From contig NC_068991.1 in assembly GCF_001194135.2 (NCBI RefSeq), positions 67,144,566-67,208,565 on the forward strand: a stretch of DNA of 64,000 nucleotides, given 5' to 3'. The notes under the pieces were generated by a model that saw only the letters and a program-made list of their open reading frames with translations, did not search any database and was not told the DNA's origin. Positions 1 to 12,164 of the stretch are shown here, piece after piece; positions within the stretch are counted from its first letter, which is position 1; each line of letters begins with the position of its first letter. The position numbers and the translations under genes are program-made. This DNA is from Octopus bimaculoides. Taxonomy: Eukaryota.

Positions 1-394
1 ATACATGCACCTTGGCTATTTTGCCATGATTTGCATGTTGAAAATTTTACTTTCAGCTTCATTAGAATATTAATTCTTCAATTTCTGCCACTCTAAAACT
101 GCAATACCAATCCTTATCTGTAACCTACTGATATGTACTCACCTTTGCTTTGTATCCAGCAAAACACAAAACTCCTTGGTTTTCATGTTTCCTCCCACTA
201 ATACTTTTTCAATTAATTTTTTAGCATCATTATAGTTCAGTCTAAAGTAGATATTTGATCAAAGACTTTCCAACCATGACCATACCGTTTCACAGACTAT
301 TATTAATTGAATGTCCCTCCCTTTTCAACTGAATAGGATGTAATTTGAGGGAGATCTGGCTGCTATTTCTAGTAGGTCAAATGAATATATAGAG

Positions 395-604
395 CAGTGG
401 TTCTCAACCTGGGTCCAAATAAGATTTTGTTGCTTAAGCTTGGGTTATACTTCTACAATATACGAAATATTTTAAATTTTTATACAATTCCCATTAATAT
501 TTAATTATAAAAATGTAATGGGATTTTTTCAAACATCGAATGATTTTGAGGGTCCACCCAAGTAAATTTGGTATCAAAGGTAAAAAAATGGTTGAGAATC
601 ACTG
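395..604. mobile_element. hAT (Charlie-like) MITE
   Basis: TIRs CAGTGGTTCTCAACC / GGTTGAGAATCACTG; 8-bp TSD ATATAGAG / ATGTAGAG. Confidence 0.85.
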
Positions 605-818
605 ATGTAGAGTCTGATTTGGTTTGATATTATTCCTGTCAAAATCTATGGTATTTCCTTGTTGAAATATTTCCTCTTCTCAGTAGTTTAAATAACAAAA
701 CACCTGGTTCAGATGTCATGAGTCTTCTACTCAATTTCTTGATATTTACTATCATCACCAGACCTTCCCAGGCTAGGGAGATTGATGTGGTTTAAGTTCA
801 GTTTGAACATCTATTCTA

Positions 819-1167
819 CAGGGTGTCCACAAAGTCTGGGTACATGGGGATTAACACATACTTTAAGAAATTATTATTTCTTATATTTAATTATGTTATG
901 ATTTTATTTACTCCATATACCCACATGGGGATTAACACATCATCATTGTTTAACATCCGCTTTCCATGCTAGCATGGGTTGGACGATTTGACTGAGGATT
1001 GGTGAACTAGATGGCTACACCAGGCTCCAATCCGATCTGGCAGAGTTTCTACAGCTGGATGCCTTTCCTGACGCCAACCACACTTTAAGAAATTATTATT
1101 TCTTATATTTAATTGTTTATGTTATGATTTTATTTACTCCATGTAGCCAGACTTTGTGGACACCCTG
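819..1167. mobile_element. Tc1/mariner MITE with internal duplication and nested RTE-tail fragment
   Basis: TA-CAGGGTGTCCACAAAGTCTGG ... CCAGACTTTGTGGACACCCTG-TA; RTE 3'UTR fragment at 941-1080. Confidence 0.85.
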
Positions 1168-2145
1168 TAGAGTGTGTAACAGCTCAGGTGGTAGTGGAGT
1201 ATAATTGAGAAAAATGTTTAGTGTAGTATTTGGTGGTGGTGTCTGTAAGGAGAGGGGCATGAATACATTTGATTAGTAATGTCAGTGGTGTATTTTGCTG
1301 GGAGGTATACCTAAAGCAGGCGGTGTAGGTAAGAGTCTTACCTCTGTTCCAAATCAAATTTATGTATTGTTGTTTAGTCTCAGGTCAACATTGCCTGAAC
1401 AGACCTACATTCAAAGAACATTCCAACAAAGACCATTCCATCTGATTAGCACTACATTATCTGTTAACTGTGTTCTTCCTTTATCAAGCTGGCAGGATAT
1501 TTATTTGAAAGCAATTTAGTTATTTTTTAGCACTACATTATCTGTTATCTAAATGTGTTCTTCTTTTATTAGGCCAGCAGGATGTTCAAAGTGATTTTAT
1601 TATTATTTCTAGCAACTTTGTATAAGTTGGCTTGATGTATTGATTGTTAATAAATTGTTTGCAATCTGTGGTGATTTATGAATGTTCAGATTATTCTATC
1701 AAACATAATGCTTATTGATTCTACATTACCAAGTTTTATCAGGTGAAGCACCTTCAGGTATAAAAATACTAGTTTTGACCATACAAAACTAATGACAACA
1801 TGGAGAATTTTTGGTTGGTCCCATATTCAGAAGCATAGGCATAAAGGTTGCTTTGCAGTAATTTTTAGGTTCTGCATAGCACCTTAAACAAGTACCTTCG
1901 GCTATGGGCCGACTAATGCCATGTGAGTGGGATTGCTAAACATAAATTAAGAAGTCCATATGTTTGTTTTACATCTGTTTTTCCATGCTAGCATGGGCAA
2001 GATGGATATATCATTTGGGCATTGTTTCTCAACAAGATGCCCTTCCTGTTGCTCTTACGTGTTTTTCAAGTACAGGATCTCTTTCCCACACATCTCCAAA
2101 GGCACAATAATAAACACTGCTCATAACTTACATTTGTAGTGTGGC

Positions 2146-2219
<74 letters not shown>

Positions 2220-2784
2220 TGGGCTTCTTTCGTTTTATCTCTACCAAACTCACTCTTTAGGCTTTGGTTGGCCAGAAGCTATAGAAAACACTCTCTTAAG
2301 TGTCACACAGTGGAAGTGAACCTAACACCATGAGATTCATCACACAGCATGCCTGTATGTGAGGCATTGTACATTGTACACCATCTGAGTGAAAACAGTA
2401 GTAAGAAGTATGAAAACTAGTGAAATGAAAAAAATACCTTACTTTGAAAACAGGTAAGGGTTGGAGAAAAGTGTACCTGGTTATTAAAAATCTGCCACAT
2501 AGGTTTAGTATGACCCATGCCAGCTTGGAAAAAGACACAGGGTCAAAGGAAGGGAATCAAGGAGAGAGAGACAGGACCTCTGACCTTTGTAGACCATTGT
2601 GCCAACACGTGGCATTGATACCAAACCTAACACCATTTGTCTGTTGGAAAACGGTGGGCAAGGAAAACCAACTCCAACTAACAGGCATTGGTGTTCAAGA
2701 AACCAGTGTGTCAAGCGTACCACCCATTTATTTGCAAGTAAATAATTTAAATAAAATTGTAAATAATAAATGAGATAAAACCTA

Positions 2785-3120
2785 AGGTGGTGAGCTGCCA
2801 GAATCGTTAGCAGGTGCAATGCTTTAGCAGCATTTCGTCCATTTTCAGATTCTGAGTTCAAATCCTGCCTAGGTTGACTTTGCCTGTCACCCTCTCAGGG
2901 TTGGTGAAGTAAGTACCAGTTGAACACCATTGGTATGAGTACAGAAGAGAGAGCGGGGAGGGGGGGGGAAAGAAAGAGCAACAATTGCATCCCTTTGCCA
3001 AGCCAATGTGACAGAGTAGGCTCATCAAACCAGTATGATCTCAAGCCATTCTCTGGTGGAGAGAAGATGCTGAGGCCTTCATCCTGCAGCAGACTGAATA
3101 TGGGGGAAATCCAATCCAAA
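2785..3120 (+). mobile_element. tRNA-derived SINE with (AATCC)n-ending tail
   Basis: aggtggtgagctg..gaatcgttagc..ttctgagttcaaatcc head; the tail is shared with the minus-strand copy at 25320-25620. Confidence 0.65.
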
Positions 3121-3269
3121 TGAGATAACATCTAAGGTGGTATCTTGTGTCCAGTGTTTTGCAAACAAGAAAAAAAAATACCAAGTCACAATTAAATAGT
3201 CAGTTTTTATTGTCTCACTGAAATGTTTCCATGTGCTGCAGTCTCAAATCTACTTTCAGTATTAAAATT

Positions 3270-4369
3270 TTAATCTGCCTTTGGTTGTGATTTTTTCTTT
3301 TTCTTTGTTTTTACTTTTACTTTTACTTTTTTCTTCTTTGTTTTAGTTTTTTTCTCTGTTTTCTTTGCATCTGTTAACGGAAGTAGATTTACTTTTGGGT
3401 CGCAAAGTTTATAGTAAGCTAGGTTGAGGGTTAATGCCATAGAGGGTTTCGTCAAACCGTGATCCAGGATGTGTGCTTTGGCAAGTAGAAATGCATAAAA
3501 GTATTTTTGACAAATGGGACATGTAAACAGCAAACGTATATCTGAAGAGGTTGGCTTGTCAAACGGATAATGTTGAAACTGCCCGTAATGTGTGTTAAGA
3601 CTCTTTTGTTTTTTACAGTGTAGGCCACATTTTTGGCAAACACTGTCTCCAGGAATCAGGAGTTTTTTGAAGTCAACAACATCAGATATCGCGTAACAAG
3701 GCTGACTCTTTCCATTGTGAAATTTTATAAAATGTCTGGAACATGAATATATATCTGAGAACACATTAAAACATTTTGCACATGTAGCTAGTTTAGAGTA
3801 GAATTCTTTACCATCATTTTGAATAGCCACCTCAGTTATAACAGAATCTGCTTTGAGTTTCTTTTTATAGAACATTCCTTTACACTTGCTGCAACTTTTA
3901 TGCACCTCATCTTTCAAATGTTGTATTGATTTTGTGCTGTCTGCAGAGACAAAGTCACAATAATCACATTTGTAGCAGACAATTAGTTTGGAACTTTCTG
4001 TTTCTAGACTGTTATTTTCTAAAGCCTTAGACTTTTTTAATTTTATGCTTTTGGCAGGTGGATCTTGATGATCAATGTTGATTGATAAAGAAGCATCATC
4101 TACCTGTGCCTTTCTCTTTTTCTCTAACTGTGAGGAGCTACACAAAGTGTTTTGAAATCCACGAGGATCAGGAGAATGTACTTCATTGTTTAGTGGTGCA
4201 TTGCTGCGACAATTTTCTCTAAGCATTATGTTATAGATACGATCAAATATTTTAGAAGTCTTGTTGTTGAAGCCATAAATGAGAGTTCTTTGAGCAGCAA
4301 CCAGCTGATGAATAGGGTAGGGACCAGCATAATGATCCAAGAAATTTGGCATATTATTGGGCAATGATC
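3270..4369 (-). CDS. Terminal coding exon of an atypical C2H2 zinc-finger protein (four dispersed fingers, Lys-rich tail)
   Basis: Long open frame with CDYC..HLKDEVH, CAKC..HFIKFH, CQKC..HYGQFQH and CPIC..HILDH. On the minus strand a polypyrimidine tract and AG acceptor (ttttctgttcttttccag) end at 4370, phase 1. Upstream exons were not resolved. Confidence 0.8.
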
Positions 4370-5202
4370 CTGGAAAAGAACAGAAAATTTTACACAAAAG
4401 TAACAACATATAAACTGGTTGTGAAATTAAGAAGTAAATATTAAATGATTCTGTCATTGATATCTATGAAGAGAGAGAGAGAGAGAATAAAATTTTTTAT
4501 CAAATTAATCATATATATTTTCAGATTACTATACAACAGACCCTAATCTAAGTTGCTTTATTTGAAAGTTTTGTTTTGGATTACTTGGAGCTCTTCTTTA
4601 GCTCACTCAATTTAATATCTGATAACAGTTACAGGGTAGAGTAAAGGTTTCGTATTTTATTAGCATATGGTGAGCTGATATATATTTAACATTTTACACA
4701 CTTAATTTCTGTGATATGAAGGGGTTCATTTAATGTTCTAACTCATCTGGTTAGATCTAAATAAGTGTGCCTGTAAAAAGAGATTAGTAACCCAAAGGCA
4801 GGTCTTGCTGTAGTCTTCAACAAGGTACACTACTTCAAATGTGGGTATAGCAAAATTCACAGAATAAAAGATATTGAATTTAATTTAAAAATCCACAATA
4901 CAAGCAAATTAAAAACTTTACAAAATTTCTTTTTAATGGTTATATGAAAACCTTCCATAGATTATGTTCCCTTGCATACAAAGATCAAACTGAGAACCTT
5001 GTTGATGCCTATAAAGCAATATGATGTTGAAAAATCATTGCCAGCCTGGAAGGCAGACGTTCAACGACTCTGACTTCCTCCTCCTGCGTTTGCATCAAGA
5101 TTTCTCTTCAGAAAATCTTGGGTGTGCTATGCAGTGAGCAAAGATAATGATCCATTAACCTTTTGGCAATCAGATTAAATTATATTATAATTCTTATTGA
5201 CA

Positions 5203-5890
5203 TTCATCATCATCATCATCGTTTAACGTCCGCTTTCCATGCTAGCATGGGTTGGACGATTTGACTGAGGACTGGTGAAACCGGATGGCAACACCAGGCT
5301 CCAGTCTGATTTGGCAGAGTTTCTACAGCTGGATGCCCTTCCTAACGCCAACCACTCAGAGTGTAGTGGGTGCTTTTACGTGTCACCCGCACAAAAACGG
5401 CCACGCTCGAAATGGTGTCTTTTATGTGCCNNNNNNNNNNNNNNNNNNNNNNNNNNNNNNNNNNNNNNNNNNNNNNNNNNNNNNNNNNNNNNNNNNNNNN
5501 NNNNNNNNNNNNNNNNNNNNNNNNNNNNNNNNNNNNNNNNNNNNNNNNNNNNNNNNNNNNNNNNNNNNNNNGGCCACGCTCAAAATGGTGCATCTCATGT
5601 GCCACCCGCACAAGAACCAGTCCAGGGGCACTGGCAACGATCTTACTTGGCTTGCCGGGTCTTCTCACGCACAGCACATTTCCAAAGGTCTCGGTCAGTA
5701 GTCATCGCCTCGGTGAGGCCCAATGTACGGAGGTCTTGCCTCACCACCTCAGCCCAGGTCTTCCTGGGCCTACCTCTTCCACGGGTTCCCTCAACTGTTA
5801 GGGTGTGGCACTTTTTCACGCAGCTATCCTCATCCATTCTCACCACATGTCCATACCAGCGCAATCGTCTCTCTTGCACGCCACAACTGA
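5203..5890 (-). mobile_element. RTE-clade LINE 3' end (ORF2 C-terminus, 3'UTR, (GAT)n tail)
   Basis: RRLRWYGHVVRMDEDSCVKK...RGRGRPRKTWAEVVRQDL at 5643-5879, followed by the repeated 3'UTR and catcatcat tail. Confidence 0.9.
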
Positions 5891-6883
5891 TGCTTCTAAT
5901 GTTCAGCTTTTCTCTCTTGTTTTGAATTAATCAGACATTATCCCATACCTCTGAGATTTTGATGATGTGATTATATATTTTTTAAATGACATTGTAGAGT
6001 AGGTGTGAGAAACCCAATCTTGCTCTGAACATAAAACAGGATATTTTGGCCAGATATGGCTGACTAAAGGGTTTCAGGATGAAGGCATGATGGTTGTCTA
6101 TCACTGGATGCCACATTGTAACAACCTAGATAGAGTCTATAAGAGAAAATCATATTCACAATGCTTGTAAATGTGCATAATATATATTCAGCTATCACAT
6201 ATGTATCTAACTGAATCTATGATATAAAAAGGAGGTTAAAATTATGTCTGAATTAAGTGTATGGTGTGTTTTGTTTCAAGTGATTATCAAATTTTGTACA
6301 AAAAATTATTTAATACATGTTAAGCACTGATAAAATTCAGAAAAATAAACTGGAATGTTTCAAAACCTAGATGTGCTTAGAGAAAAACTAATGCAAATTT
6401 AGAAAGAGTAATACATTAAAAAAAAACTAAAATTATATTTTGTTGGTCAGGGTTGTGAAGTCAGTCATGTAGTTGGACTCAGTAGCAATTATGGGGGTAC
6501 CAGAGTTGGTAAAAATGCACTACAACTAATATAATGGTTAAAATTTCCAATTTCACAGATACTAATTTTGACTGTTTTCTTCACTCAAAATAAATTAAGA
6601 TTTAAAGGTTTCTAAGGAGAAGGATCTGGAAGAGGAAATTGTATTTCTAAGATGTTAGTAAATTTAGGTTTAGGATTTTTTTTTTATTTAACCCCTATTC
6701 TACAGATACAATGTTTCTTTAACTAATTTTGTAGGTATAAATTTTTCAGTCATTTACAATAATTTGTATTTCATATAATGTAATCTTTCATATATATTTT
6801 GTATGCAAATGTCGCTTTAATCTCAAAAAGGAAGGGCTTTGCATCTGATCAACTTTATTTCATTTCAAATATTTATATCAGAT

Positions 6884-7100
6884 CTAGTGTTGGCAAATTT
6901 CAGGAAGCATGAAGATTCTAAAGGATGCAATGTCTCAGCAGCTAACAACTGATGCAGGTAGTTTGTTCCATGCTTCAGCAACTCTGAGTGTGAAAAAATG
7001 TTTTCAAAAGTCATGGGAGCTGTGCTGTTTTCTGACTTTGTAGGCATGCCCATGTGTGTTAGACACATGGAGCTCAAAAAGGCGTTCAAGGTGGTTGTTG
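6884..7100 (-). mobile_element. CR1-clade LINE RT C-terminal fragment
   Basis: THGHAYKVRKQHSSHDF*KHFFTLRVAEAWNKLPASVV with stops. Confidence 0.8.
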
Positions 7101-7693
7101 GTGTGATGGTTTTAAATATTTTGTGGGTGATTACTAAGTCAGTTGCCAAATGTTAGAGCTTCAATGCATCTATGCCCAGGGAAGAAAGGTGTTCAGAGTA
7201 TGGTATTAAGTTGTTTTAGGTACTCAATTTTTAGGTCTTTGCATTAGATTTTTAAACTGCTAAACGAAGATGTTTCTCATTTTCTTTTAAAGTATTTTTA
7301 CACTATATTTTCTTTATATACTTTTATTTCATAGTCTTCTGAAAAAAGTTCAATAAGTTTGTGATTTCTTTAGCAGATGGTATTCACAATCAACAATGGA
7401 CTAGCTATGACCTTTAAACCAAAACGTTATTAGATTAGGGTGCTTAAAAGTTGTATATTGGTCATATGTGCACGTTTTTAATAACTACAGTAGAATAGGG
7501 TACAATGAGTAAATATCTTTGCATTTCTGACATTGAGGAGAAAAATTTTCTTTTACTAATGTTCACTATTTTACAAAAACTATATCAGCTAAGAATATGT
7601 TCTTCTCTAAATGTATTAAAAACATTATAACACATTCAGAATACTATTTCAGAAAAATAACTCCATTCTCTTTGAGTATATAGAAAACAAATT

Positions 7694-8140
7694 TAGGTGG
7701 GGTAAAATGAGTAAAATTACATTTAAAAAAAGGATTCATACACACCAATATCCAACCCTAGACATCAGAAATGCAACGAAAATCTTAAATGTCTAGGTCA
7801 AATGAAAGAATTCTATGGAAAAATGGCACAGGATATGAAATTAAACTCGACTAAATCTAAAATTTCAACACTATAGCTTCTCCACGATTTGCAGGGGTGA
7901 CTTTCTTCCTGATACATTTACACACTACACAAATTTCAGAAATTATTGAAATTGGTCATTACTTATTTTGCCCCACTTTAAGACATTGTTTTTAAAATTT
8001 GAAAATTATCGAATTAGATACATCTACGCCGACCAGTTTTCACTACTAAAGATGATGCAATACTTGCAATGTAATGGTTTCGAATAGATAAGGAGAAAAT
8101 CACGGAAAATCAGAAATTACTCATTTTACCCAGCTTACCT
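7694..8140. mobile_element. MITE-like element with GGGTAAAATGAGTAA inverted ends
   Basis: aggtggggtaaaatgagtaa at about 7695 versus ttactcattttacccagcttacct at about 8117-8140. Confidence 0.45.
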
Positions 8141-8180
8141 ATTTTGACCTCCACCCCCACTAAATGATATATGATTACTG

Positions 8181-8597
8181 GGCACTATCATGCTATTGGC
8201 TGTCAGAAGTGAAAGTGCTCACTGCGCTAGTTAGTCGTGAGTAGAAAACACAAATTTAATATAAAAACATATTTCCTGAAATTGCAAATTATTTAAAATA
8301 TAAAAATATAATTTTCAACAGAGAGAATTTATCAAAATAGAAAACAAATGAAGTTTGAAGTTTTAAAATAATAGGATCGACCACTCACGACTAGCTAGCG
8401 CGGACGCGCGAACTTTCGAGTAATAGATAGATAGATAGATAGAGAGAGAAAGAGAGAGACAGACATATAGCTCGCTCCGGCCAGTCATGGTATTAGCTGT
8501 CAGTAGCCAAAGAATCGACAGGCATGCAGGCAGACAGACAGATACTTCACTAGCAGGCAGCACTTTCACTTCTGACAGCTAATAGCATGATAGTGCC
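8181..8597. mobile_element. GG-terminal TIR element with 8-bp TSD (Merlin-like candidate)
   Basis: About 38-bp TIR GGCACTATCATGCTATTGGCTGTCAGAAGTGAAAGTGC; exact TSD GATTACTG at 8173-8180 and 8598-8605. Confidence 0.85.
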
Positions 8598-9000
8598 GAT
8601 TACTGTAATTACAAACGGGGAAATCAGAATCGGTGGTACCATTAAGTGATGAGTTAACAGTCATATAAGTTTTGTGTGTTAACACCACAGCGCTCCGTTG
8701 TTAACCACTGTAAATGAACTTTCTAGAGTTTTATAATACCACCGAAACTTCTGTGCGGGACGCTTGTTTTTTTTTCTTTCTAACATAAATTAATACAAGG
8801 CTACTTATTTTGATGGATTTACATATAGTAAATCTATCCTATTACTACTGAACCTGGGAGGATAAAAAGTAGAATTGATCTCGGCGGAATCGAATTTTGA
8901 ATATTAACTAAGTATCATTAGCAAGTGTCTTCTACTATAGCCTCGAGCCGACCAAAGCCTTGAGTGGATTTAGTAGACGGAAACTGAAAGAAGCCCGTCG

Positions 9001-9039
<39 letters not shown>

Positions 9040-10724
9040 ATGTGTATATGTTTGTCCCCCCCCCNNNNNNNNNNNNNNNNNNNNNNNNNNNNNNNNNNNN
9101 NNNNNNNNNNNNNNNNNNNNNNNNNNNNNNNNNNNNNNNNNNNNNNNNNNNNNNNNNNNNNNNNNNNNNNNNNNNNNNNNNNNNNNNNNNNNNNNNNNNN
9201 NNNNNNNNNNNNNNNNNNNNNNNNNNNNNNNNNNNNNNNNNNNNNNNNNNNNNNNNNNNNNNNNNNNNNNNNNNNNNNNNNNNNNNNNNNNNNNNNNNNN
9301 NNNNNNNNNNNNNNNNNNNNNNNNNNNNNNNNNNNNNNNNNNNNNNNNNNNNNNNNNNNNNNNNNNNNNNNNNNNNNNNNNNNNNNNNNNNNNNNNNNNN
9401 NNNNNNNNNNNNNNNNNNNNNNNNNNNNNNNNNNNNNNNNNNNNNNNNNNNNNNNNNNNNNNNNNNNNNNNNNNNNNNNNNNNNNNNNNNNNNNNNNNNN
9501 NNNNNNNNNNNNNNNNNNNNNNNNNNNNNNGTCATTTTAATTAACTATGGAGAATTTTCAATGAAATAATGAAATAAAAACCAGTTTTAAGCACCATCGC
9601 TACCAGCGATCATATGCTTCCGAAGAAGTTACTACATCGCAATCACTTCCGTTACACGAGTTGGCGGTGTCACAAAACAGTATTCCTTCTTAATTATCGC
9701 ACCCCTTCTTGCTAGGCGGAAATTGTATCCCTAAAACCAATTCGAAACTATAGATTTTTTTTTAACAAAAAAAAAAAAAATAATAGGATTGTAGTTATTT
9801 AATTGAATAAATTTTAAGAATTAAAATAATGCCATCCGAAATATATGATTTTGACAACATATCGCTGAAACACAAAAGACAATACACAACACTTTGCCAC
9901 ATCACCGGGTCACTGTTTAATCAACAATACTTCACGTCACTGCGACAGAGAGGATTACAGAAGAACTGAACTAGTTACTAATTGTTTTAGTATATATTAT
10001 GGATCAAGTTAGCAAATAGTTATCACAAAAATGTGCACTTATCACTTTAAGAATAGAAAAACACTTAAAGCTGACGTGTATATTCATCGCTTTGCAAAAA
10101 TGCTGAATGTACTTCAACTAAGCTGAACCTACTCAAGATACATTTGCATGAAAATGTAGAAAATATGGATACGAGAAATAAAGCAATAAATTATAGAATA
10201 TCAGCCTCCTTTATATTTCGCGTACCATCAAATGATAAATTTCTATTGGTCTAGCTGTTGTTATAAGCCATCGTAGTTAAATCGCACGCGTTCTTCCAAA
10301 GGTTGTGAGGTACATAGTTTGAATTCGACAACAATGCATACGAACTGAGTGCGACAGTTGCTATTTTTATTTGCTTCCCATAAGAGAATTGGTTAATAGT
10401 TTGGAAACACTGGCTAGTCTCACTGACCCAGCTAGCTTTTCTCTCGTCGATGACCTCTTGCCGTGTCCTCATTGACAGGGTTCTTCACAACACAACTGAA
10501 CATCTGTAACTGGAGAACGCGAGTCGGCCTACGCCACGTGGAGCCAGCTCGGCCTGCGCCCATCTGATGTCCATCTCCTTTTCCCCATCTGTGGGCATCC
10601 AGTCCTCTCAACAGAAATAGGACCTCGTCCAATGTAGCATGACTGCGGACAGGACCGGCCCTAGGGTTGCTGGCGCCCAGGCAAGCTGAACTTGGGCGTG
10701 TACAAGCTAACGGTCGTTGCAATT

Positions 10725-11520
10725 TCCTTGTCTTCGTGGATACTGTGGTTTCGCGACCGTCTGGGTAACGAACGTGAGCCTATTGGGGGTTGACTTCGAT
10801 TAAATCGACTTGGTCAGCGATAGGATCATACTTGCTAGTACGATTGTTCCTTTGCACAAGCACAAGTCTTGGGTTGAGAAGCCATGATGGTATAGATGTT
10901 CCTGTAGCTGAACATCTTTCATAGTTAAAGAGACGTTCACGAGGAGTAGCGTTGGTAGACGTACAAAGTAAAGATCTGACTGAATGCAGTGCGCCTAGAA
11001 GAACTATTTCCCATGAAGATACTGGAAGGGTACGGGTTTTCAAAGAGAGTAGTACCAATTTCCAAATAGTACTGTTGAGCTTGTATGGTGTTGTCCTACT
11101 TGCTGCAATGCCCTTATTAAAGAGCCATTCTCTCAATTCTGTAGACATAAAGGCAATTCCACGATCGGAATGTACATAACCGGACATAACGAAAACTGAA
11201 AACAGGTCTGTAAAACATCTTATAGCAGTCTGAGCTGATGTGTCAGATACTGGATAACCAAACGGAAACTGAGAGTATTCGTCAACGATTGTTAGAGGAT
11301 AAGGATGCTTTTCGGAAGGAATCAGGACTTTGAAATTCTCTCGAATGCTTGCATGGTCTGAATTATGTTGACTAAGTTTGGTTTGTGGCTTCACTTCTTG
11401 GCATATTGAACAATTATTACAAATTTGTTTCACGTTCTCCAACGAATATGGAAGATTTCTGGTGCGGACGAAATGATGAAGGCGTATTACACCAGGATGG
11501 CACAGTGCTGCATGTAACCC
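10725..11520 (-). mobile_element. Gypsy LTR-retrotransposon integrase remnant
   Basis: LHAALCHPGVIRLHHFVRTRNLPYSLENVKQICNNCSICQEVKP (zinc finger), LTIVDEYSQFPF, VHSDRG..FMS, TPRERLF, NPQ*AHVRYPDGRETTVS; internal deletion and a premature stop. Confidence 0.88.
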
Positions 11521-11586
11521 ATGAAGTAAATATGAACTGATTTCTGAACAGCGTACCCTAGTGAATGCATCCGGAGCAATGGCTTA

Positions 11587-12164
11587 GGATCTTTTTTAAA
11601 ACGGGGGCCACATTTTTCATTAACGAAACACTTTGAAACTTGGAACACTGGTAGAATGTGTCATATAAAACATCTTTTTCTCTTAGTCTTCTTAAAAAAA
11701 AAAGAAATCCATAAATTATTCCATGTTAAAGTTGTCGTATTTCTGTAATTTCAACCAATCACTGACGTCCATTCAGCCGATATACATTAAGTGCCGACTA
11801 CATAAACAAACGATTCTGAAACAATTAACCCTAACCCTAACTCTAACCCTAACCCTAGGGTTAGAGTTAGGGTTAGGCTTAGGGTTAGGGTTAAAGCAAA
11901 TTTAAAATGAAAAAAGCAAATAAAACGAAGAATCGTTTGTTTATGTAGTCGGCACTTAATGTATATCGGCTGAGTGGACGTCAGTGATTGGTTGAAATTA
12001 TCGAAATAAGACAATTTTTTACATGAAATAAATTCGAATACAAAAATATTTTTCTGTTCTATAACACAAAATAGATAAGTATACGAAGTTTGAAAGTCTT
12101 TCGGTACCAAAAACACTACGTAAAACATTAATGAAAAATGTGGCCCCCGTTTTAAAAAAGATCC
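11587..12164. mobile_element. Fold-back TIR element with central (TAACCC)n/(GGGTTA)n palindrome
   Basis: 37-bp TIR GGATCTTTTTTAAAACGGGGGCCACATTTTTCATTAA; TSD ATGGCTTA at 11579-11586 and 12165-12172; inner inverted arms about 11750-11818 and 11930-12020. Confidence 0.88.

Noticed and set aside
4560-7260. Candidate upstream exons of the zinc-finger gene
   Set aside because: I could not find a segment with acceptor, open frame and a phase-1 donor all together, so it is left unresolved.
11829-11892. Interstitial telomere or chromosome-fusion scar
   Set aside because: The orientation is (CCCTAA)n then (TTAGGG)n, opposite to a fusion, and the tract is enclosed by TIRs and a TSD, so it is part of a transposon.
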